DNA of 64,000 nt, taken from positions 67,890,001 through 67,954,000 of the forward strand of contig NC_042998.1 in assembly GCF_006345805.1 (NCBI RefSeq). The letters are read 5' to 3'. The position numbers and the translations under genes were made by a program. The stretch is from Octopus sinensis (Eukaryota). Positions within the stretch are counted from its first letter, which is position 1, and the number at the start of each line of letters is the position of its first letter. Of this stretch, positions 56,972 to 64,000 are shown piece after piece. The notes under the pieces were generated by a model. That model searched no databases. It was not told the DNA's origin and saw nothing but the letters and a program-made list of their open reading frames with translations.

Positions 56972-57810
56972 ATACATACATACATGTGAGTGTATGTGTG
57001 TACTTGCAGGTATGCATGTATATATACGTGAATGTGACTGGTTGATTATATATATATATATATATATAGATAGATAGATAGATAGATGTAATGATATTCA
57101 TATGTACACGCATACATATACACACACACACATACGTGTGTTTGTGTGCCTGTGTGCGTGTTTGTGTGTGTGTATATGTGTGTGTATCTAGGCCGCTTTC
57201 ATTTACTGTTCCTTCCTTTCTCGCTCTCACTCTCATTCACTTCTGCTAATCCACTCTCCCATCTCCCTCTTCTCTTTTTCTCTCTCTCTCTCTCCATCTC
57301 TCTCTCTCTCTCTCACACACACTCTTTCTCTCTCTTCAACAAATTATCCACTGCTTCCTCCATAAATTATAATCGGTTTATAGTACGTTCGCGACCTGCA
57401 GTACATCCCTCTTCATTTTCCTAGCAGATGTCAAACTATTGAATTATTTAACAAAGAATTCAGAATATTTCCTACAACGTTCAGTTCAGGATTTAGAGAC
57501 ATACAAATTATATTATAAATATTTTATGAATATGAAACATGTTTTGGATTATTATGTAAGCCAAATGACTTATTTTCCCCTATCACATAAATCATGTCAT
57601 GTAACTTTTAAAATTGCTCTCTATATAGGCATATTTCCACACACGCAAGAATATCTATCTGTCCCCATCTCTGTCTTTCTCTCTCCCCATATATGTATAT
57701 ATATATGTATGTGGGTATGTGTATATATAGATATATAATATATATATGTATACATATATATAATATATATATATATACATACATGAATACATATGCATAT
57801 ATGTACACAC

Positions 57811-57848
<38 letters not shown>

Positions 57849-58044
57849 TATATAAAAATAAGATGAAATCTTTATAAGAATTTATCAAGTAGTTAGCGTG
57901 AAAAACCTCATAAGAGAAGAGTCCCCCAATTTTTCTCTTAAATATATTTATTTATATCATATAGAGTGCATTACTATACTTAAAGTCCACACGCTAGAAT
58001 TCTGTTTTTAAGTGGCTAGCTTCGAGAGTTATATTCCCTCGCTT

Positions 58045-58445
58045 TCGGTACGATATGTTTATTTATTTTGGTAGTTTTGACTTTAAGTCAAGTTTGTGTG
58101 TGCGCTCACCTTCTTCCAATTCACTGTAAAACAGTCTTTTGAGTAGTTGATTGTCAGGCATTCGAACAAAGTGGACTACTCACCTGACTTGCGCTCTCCT
58201 CAGCAGCGTGTAAATGTCTGGCAAATCAGTTCAAGAGACGACCTGCTATTTCCAGGTGATTTTCGACAGTTCATGTGGAAGCGGCTTAGTTGTTGGATGT
58301 GGCGTTCGTAAACCGTTCAAGACTCGAAGGCATACAATAAGTGCGTTGACATGAAGAGACGAGCAAGCTGAGAGTGTCTGAAAAGAGGAGTTATAAGACC
58401 AGGGCGAGCTCTGAGGTGAGGAGGCCATTATTGTAGCGAGGCTGA
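58045..58445 (-). mobile_element. RTE-BovB-type LINE fragment, decayed
   Basis: Minus strand LLYAFES*TVYERHIQQLSRFHMNC...DIYTLLRRAQVR...RMPDNQLLKRLFYSELEEG. Confidence 0.75.
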
Positions 58446-58510
58446 ATAAGTTTAATCAGCTCTAAGGAACAGAGGCTATGATATATACACCATAGATACG
58501 TTCATATAAT

Positions 58511-58618
<108 letters not shown>

Positions 58619-58952
58619 AAGAGATTTATATGTGTGTGTCTGTGTGTGTGTTACATATTTATATGTGTGTGTGTGTATTACATAGAAGCAGTATTAATGC
58701 CGAATGGCAATCTCGAATCCTTCTTAACGTGGATGTTTTGTAATAACGCAGCAATACTGCGGTATTCGTCCTCAGAAAGCATCTTGTATGGATGTTTACT
58801 GCTTTAAAACACAAAAAGTATCAGCGGCAAACGAACATTTTCCAGCGCCGATGGTGCAACCGCTATATCACATAATTTCAACGTTTTTACGTTTCATTAG
58901 AGGTAGGTTCCCACTGTCACTGTTGCTAGCCAAACTTCGTTTCCACTGATAC

Positions 58953-58983
<31 letters not shown>

Positions 58984-59026
58984 GTGTGTGTGTGTGTGTG
59001 TGTGAGTGTGTGTGTGTGTGTGTGTG

Positions 59027-59112
<86 letters not shown>

Positions 59113-59784
59113 CAGTGATTCATCAAACAATGGTGTCACAATTAGCCGGCAGGCTGGTTGGTATGCATATATTTTAAACCTAAATCTTGTGGGTGAAAAC
59201 GGGAGTCGAAATACATTGGAAAAGGCCATCGATGGATTGTTTTTGTAATTAAAACATGCAGCATTGTCGATTATTACGACAGAGTGATTCACCCTGATAT
59301 CCACGTCAATATAACAAGTATCGATGGGATACTTAGCCATTTCAATGTCAATGTAACGAGTATATAGATCAGTGGATGGAACAACTAAATATTTATCGTC
59401 GATGCTGACGGAAGATCCTTCATTATCGTCATCATTATCAACATCATCGTCGTCATCACCGTCCCCTTCCTCCTCGTCGTCGTCGCCGTTGTCTTCACCG
59501 CCACTTATGATTTATAATCCAGCCCCCGTATAGATTAAGCTATCCATTATTGCACATTAAAAGGTATTTCATAATCTCTCCATCCTATATCTCTTAATGG
59601 AATTATCTAATGATTTGGTGACCTTACGTAAGTCTGGTTATTTGGGTTAATAAAAGGTTTGCGACTGGTTATGAGAATTCTCAAACTTTGACAGGTTTAA
59701 GCCGAAATGAAGCCAAGTCTCTATCGGCGTAATTACTGACAACTATTTATGTGATTCTTCTTTATTTCTATCTTATGCTTCTTT

Positions 59785-59990
59785 TAATTGTTTAAGTCAT
59801 TAGACCGCGGCCATGCTGGAGCACCAGCTTGAAAGGTATCGCCAAACAAATCGACACCCTGTGCTTAATTTTTCGTCTGACAATCATTCTATCGGTGCCT
59901 GTGACCGAACCGCTAGCTTACGGAGACGTAAACAATACACCACCGGTTATCAAGCGATGTGGGGGGAGGTTCAAACACAGACACGAACAC
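59785..59990 (-). mobile_element. SINE family B, 3' half, diverged
   Basis: gtcattagaccgcggccatgctggagcacc..gaaccgctagcttacggagacgtaaac..caagcgatgt. Confidence 0.75.
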
Positions 59991-60059
59991 AAATATATTT
60001 TAAGTATGTAGGTATGTATTCATGTATGTATGTATGTATGTATGTATGTAGTTGGTTGA

Positions 60060-60200
60060 AATTTACAGAAAAACAAAAAACGAAGACAGGTGTATAAACA
60101 AGAAGCAGGTGTATTAGTTTGACGCTCGGGAAGGTGAGAAAGTCTTTTACATTTCGAGCCTACGCTCTTCAGCAGAAAGTAGCACGAGTAAATAAACAGA
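60060..60200 (-). mobile_element. Hammerhead-bearing short repeat, copy D
   Basis: Minus strand 60179-60144 reads CTTT CTGCTGA A GAGC-GTAG-GCTC GAAA TG TA AAAG. Confidence 0.72.
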
Positions 60201-62960
60201 GAGAGTATATGTATGTACGTGTATATGCACGATGATATACCTCACGATTTTACTGAGAAGACATTGATCTACTCATTACTGCATTAGAAGTTACTTGCCC
60301 AAGTAGTCGTTGAAATAATCTGTATTTGGCACTCATAATCGTTCTTCATTTTACTCTGTTTTTTTTTCTGTAGAGTACGACACGCTAGCCGAATCGTTAG
60401 AGAGTCAGAAATGCTCTTTATCGTGTTTTATTTATGTTTTATGCTACTGAGTTCAATACTCATTGCAAACGACTTTACCTCACATCCGATTGGGTGAGTA
60501 TAGCAGATTGAGAGAATATAACATTAATTTTGTACTGGAGTGGAAGATGTTAATATAACTCCTCTCCTCGAATTAGTTAGCTCTGTGCGTAAATTAGAGT
60601 ACTTATTTATAATTAGTAAGACTAAATATATTACATTCATTGAATACAAATAGGAAACATTCTTCCTAAATTAGTAACTTTTAGGTAAGAATAATTAATT
60701 GTATTAGATTATCAATTGATAATTATCCGAATACAAGGTTAATGGTATATGAGCTAAATCTTTGGAATACTCGGCTGGTTACTGATTAATTTCACAAATC
60801 ACTACTCAGTTTTTCGAACTGAATGCTCATCGTCTTATATTTTGTGGCCATATTTGTAAGAATTGATACACATATAAATATTTCCCTGTTAGACCTCAAG
60901 ATACACCTTTACTAAATTCCCCGTCAAGGAATAAATTCTCATACTACTTGAAGTTCTCTACCAAAGATATGATTTATAATTACTGAAATTCTCCAGAAGC
61001 TATACTTAGGTCGCACAACTGGGTTTATTTCTTGTCTTCAGATAATTTACACACACAGCTGCCCTGCACATACGTAAGCGATAAACACTATCTATGGTAT
61101 CTAAGGGAGGCAACTCTACAGTACCTAAAGACATCACAAAACACCTCAAGTACTACTACTACTACTACTACTACTGCTGCTACTACTACTACTACTACTA
61201 CTACCATTACGAGCTGAACGATGTACAGCAGGAATATAAACCACCGAAGGAGCCTCTAAGTGTGTGTTTCACCTGCAAGAGAGAGGAGGTTGCTCTAAAT
61301 ACTATACTCTACATACACCGTCCCGAGAAAAATGAATGGATGGTCACGAATGGATCACTTATGAACATATGTTTGTTACATCATAACTGACTCGGGGTTA
61401 AACACGGCAGCAACCACATCTGTGGTAGTAAGAATACCTACATTATGTGTAGAGCCTTCAAACTTTCTTGACTTCTAAAATGCAGCTATTTTACAAAAAA
61501 AAAAAGAAAAAGAAAACTTGCTCTATTCCCTTTCCACAGTTCCCATAACAACCATTCCTCGACGCTAATTAAGATACTAATTAGCATTCCTAAAAAAAAG
61601 TTAAGTCATTACATTTGCTGCCATTTTAACTTCTACTTCCACAATGTAATTAAATTATTATCATATAAATTAGTTTATACAAGAAACCATATTTCGTTGA
61701 CGAATTTTGATCCGAATAATTGGATTCCTCAAATGTGGTGTATGGTGTATGTAAAATTCAGGTTTACTAGAGATTTTAGGAATTACCTAATCTTGGAGTT
61801 AGGGATTATGTAAGACATTCTCCATGTTAAGTTAAACAACGCTATGGAATATTTAGAAAACTAATTTATCCTACTCTGTATAGTTATATACTGGAGTGTA
61901 TGTTTTGGTTACCATGGGTAATTTCAAGAAATATGTCATACATACAATTATTATAATTCAACTTTTATCAAATGTCTTGTTCTTTATACAAAATAATGAA
62001 ATGAATACTAATTTTCAGAGTAAACAAATTTATTTCGTGAAAATGAAATTAAATAAATACATTTCTCATTTGCATATTTACAATAAATATATCTTAGTAG
62101 TTTTCAGAATGTTATCAATATAATTGCAAACTCTTTCATCGGATACCTATCTGTAAAATGTCTCGGTAACTCTCTCTTACGCACTCTCACTTTCTCTCTT
62201 CCTCTTTCACCCTCTCACACTCTCTCCCTCTCATCTCCTCTTTATACCATGTAAGGTGTTATTTGAGAAATTAACCAGCTAGCCAATCAACCAACATTTA
62301 TATCGGCTTTTATTATATAAAGATAAGCAATATTCAGTTCATATGCTTCTCCTCCCCTGTCACACAATAAAGGGGGAGGTCTTCATTTCTGTATGTAAGT
62401 GAAACAAAAATATTCCCCAATTAATCAACTTTAAGTAAAATATTCAGATAATATTTTACCAGCCTAGAATTATGAAGTCGCTTATAGGATTTATAGTATT
62501 AAATATAATGATTCATGGTAGCAATCTAATCAGATATAAAAGAACAGCTTAATTTGAAGGGAAGGCAAATAAAACACTATTATATTTCAGTACAATTGTC
62601 CTCACCTGGCACTGATCTTGATTATAAAATAAAAACTGTCGATCAATCATAATCGAAGCATACCTTTTCTGAAAGAGAACTGTAATAACATTAATTCTGT
62701 TGCTATGGAACATTATCACGTTGATTTCATAGAAGCAAATTGACTCTTAGTCATTTCACGTCGATAAAAATTAATACCAGTAATAAATGATCTCGACGCA
62801 ATGGATTAGGTCGGGTCCTGTCGAAATTACAGGCCTCATTTCTAGTGAAATGACATCACTCTTTGTACTTATCATTTCTAGACTAGCGAATCATCAATCT
62901 ACCACGAAATGAGAGATTATATCTAAAACATGAGTGGATGTGAAAATGAGGAATAATAAT

Positions 62961-63021
<61 letters not shown>

Positions 63022-64000
63022 TAATAATAATAATAATAATAATAACAGCAGCAGCAATAATCATTTATGTGAAGAGTTCATTGTAGAATAAATGATGTCT
63101 GTCGTTAGAATGTTATTGTTATCAATCTTAATCGCAATAAAACAGCATGTTCCATTTCCACTGCAAACTCTAACATGTTAGCAATAGATTCATGATTAAA
63201 TCTTTGGAGGAAAATTTACGAAATAACTTTTTTTTACAAAAATATATATAGAAAAACAGCGAATTGCGACTATTGTAGTGTAAAGACGAGTGTATCATGA
63301 AGGAGATTAAAGACAATTCTGTTATAATAACAACAATAGGCACTAGTAGTAAGTGCAGTCTATTTGATGGTCAAAGATAGCATAAATCTTTTAATACATA
63401 GTGTATTTAATTAGAAGCTATTCTTTCTCAAACTCGTGGTTGGTTGTATTTTTGAAAGATTTAAACCAATAATAGTATTATTATTCTTTTTTTTTCTTCT
63501 TTTTTTTCAAAAATCTACACGAAAAGCTTGAAAACATTCTCTGTTCTTCGAATCTTTATTCATATTGTTCATCTGTCACATTTGAGGTGAATTCCCATAA
63601 ATAATCAATGATATGCTGCTCTTACACTTTTTGTTATATTTTTTTCTGTTTCATACTTTACATTTTCCCACTTTACTTTTCAAATACAAGTCTTCACTGG
63701 TCTATATTAAATATACATTATAATGTTTTATATTACATATTATTTCTTGTTTCTTTCGTTCTTTTTTTCATTTTAGATAGCGTCTCTAGCAAGATATATT
63801 ATTAATTTTAACTATTTTGTTTTTACAGTTGTGTAACTGGAAATGTAGATTTTGACTTAACTAAAAGTTCCTAATAGTATAAGAAATTAAGATATAAATT
63901 CCAAACTTTTTTCTTTTTCATTTTGGTAGGAAGTTTAATTTCAGATTGTGGATCCAATTCTTTAGTAACATTGTATTGGCATTGCAAATGAGCTGTCCAA

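Noticed and set aside
61042-61073. Possible 32-nt micro-exon (tttcttgtcttcag|...|gtaagc)
   Set aside because: The splice signals are good, but joining it to the phase-2 donor gives AAA then TAA, and it has no GluN2 similarity.

Overview
Very AT-rich, microsatellite- and transposon-dense animal DNA. The SINE families look octopus/cephalopod-like, but that is recognition from memory, not a search. Only one host coding exon is supported: 389-603 (+), encoding part of the amino-terminal domain of a GluN2/Nmdar2-like glutamate receptor. I found no credible next exon, so the remaining ~63 kb is probably one intron. It holds CR1-, RTE- and R4/Dong-type LINE fragments, Penelope-like elements (PLEs), a Gypsy remnant with LTR and PBS, hAT and mariner relics, several TIR/MITE elements, at least four tRNA-derived SINE families and a tRNA-Gly pseudogene. 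Most notable: (i) six hammerhead-ribozyme motifs, four of them in a small ~200-bp non-coding repeat family with covarying stems; (ii) two retroelement junctions that captured inverted copies of neighbouring DNA, one giving a ~900-bp palindrome; (iii) two SINE/LINE shared 3' tails visible inside the window, plus SINE tail swapping; (iv) (TAA)n tracts acting as shared landing pads for R4/Dong LINEs and a 557-bp non-coding element; (v) a SINE-mediated unequal crossover mappable to 17 bp. All alignments and folds were done by eye. Boundaries of decayed repeats are approximate (about +/-20 bp). Family names rest on motif recognition, with no database searches.
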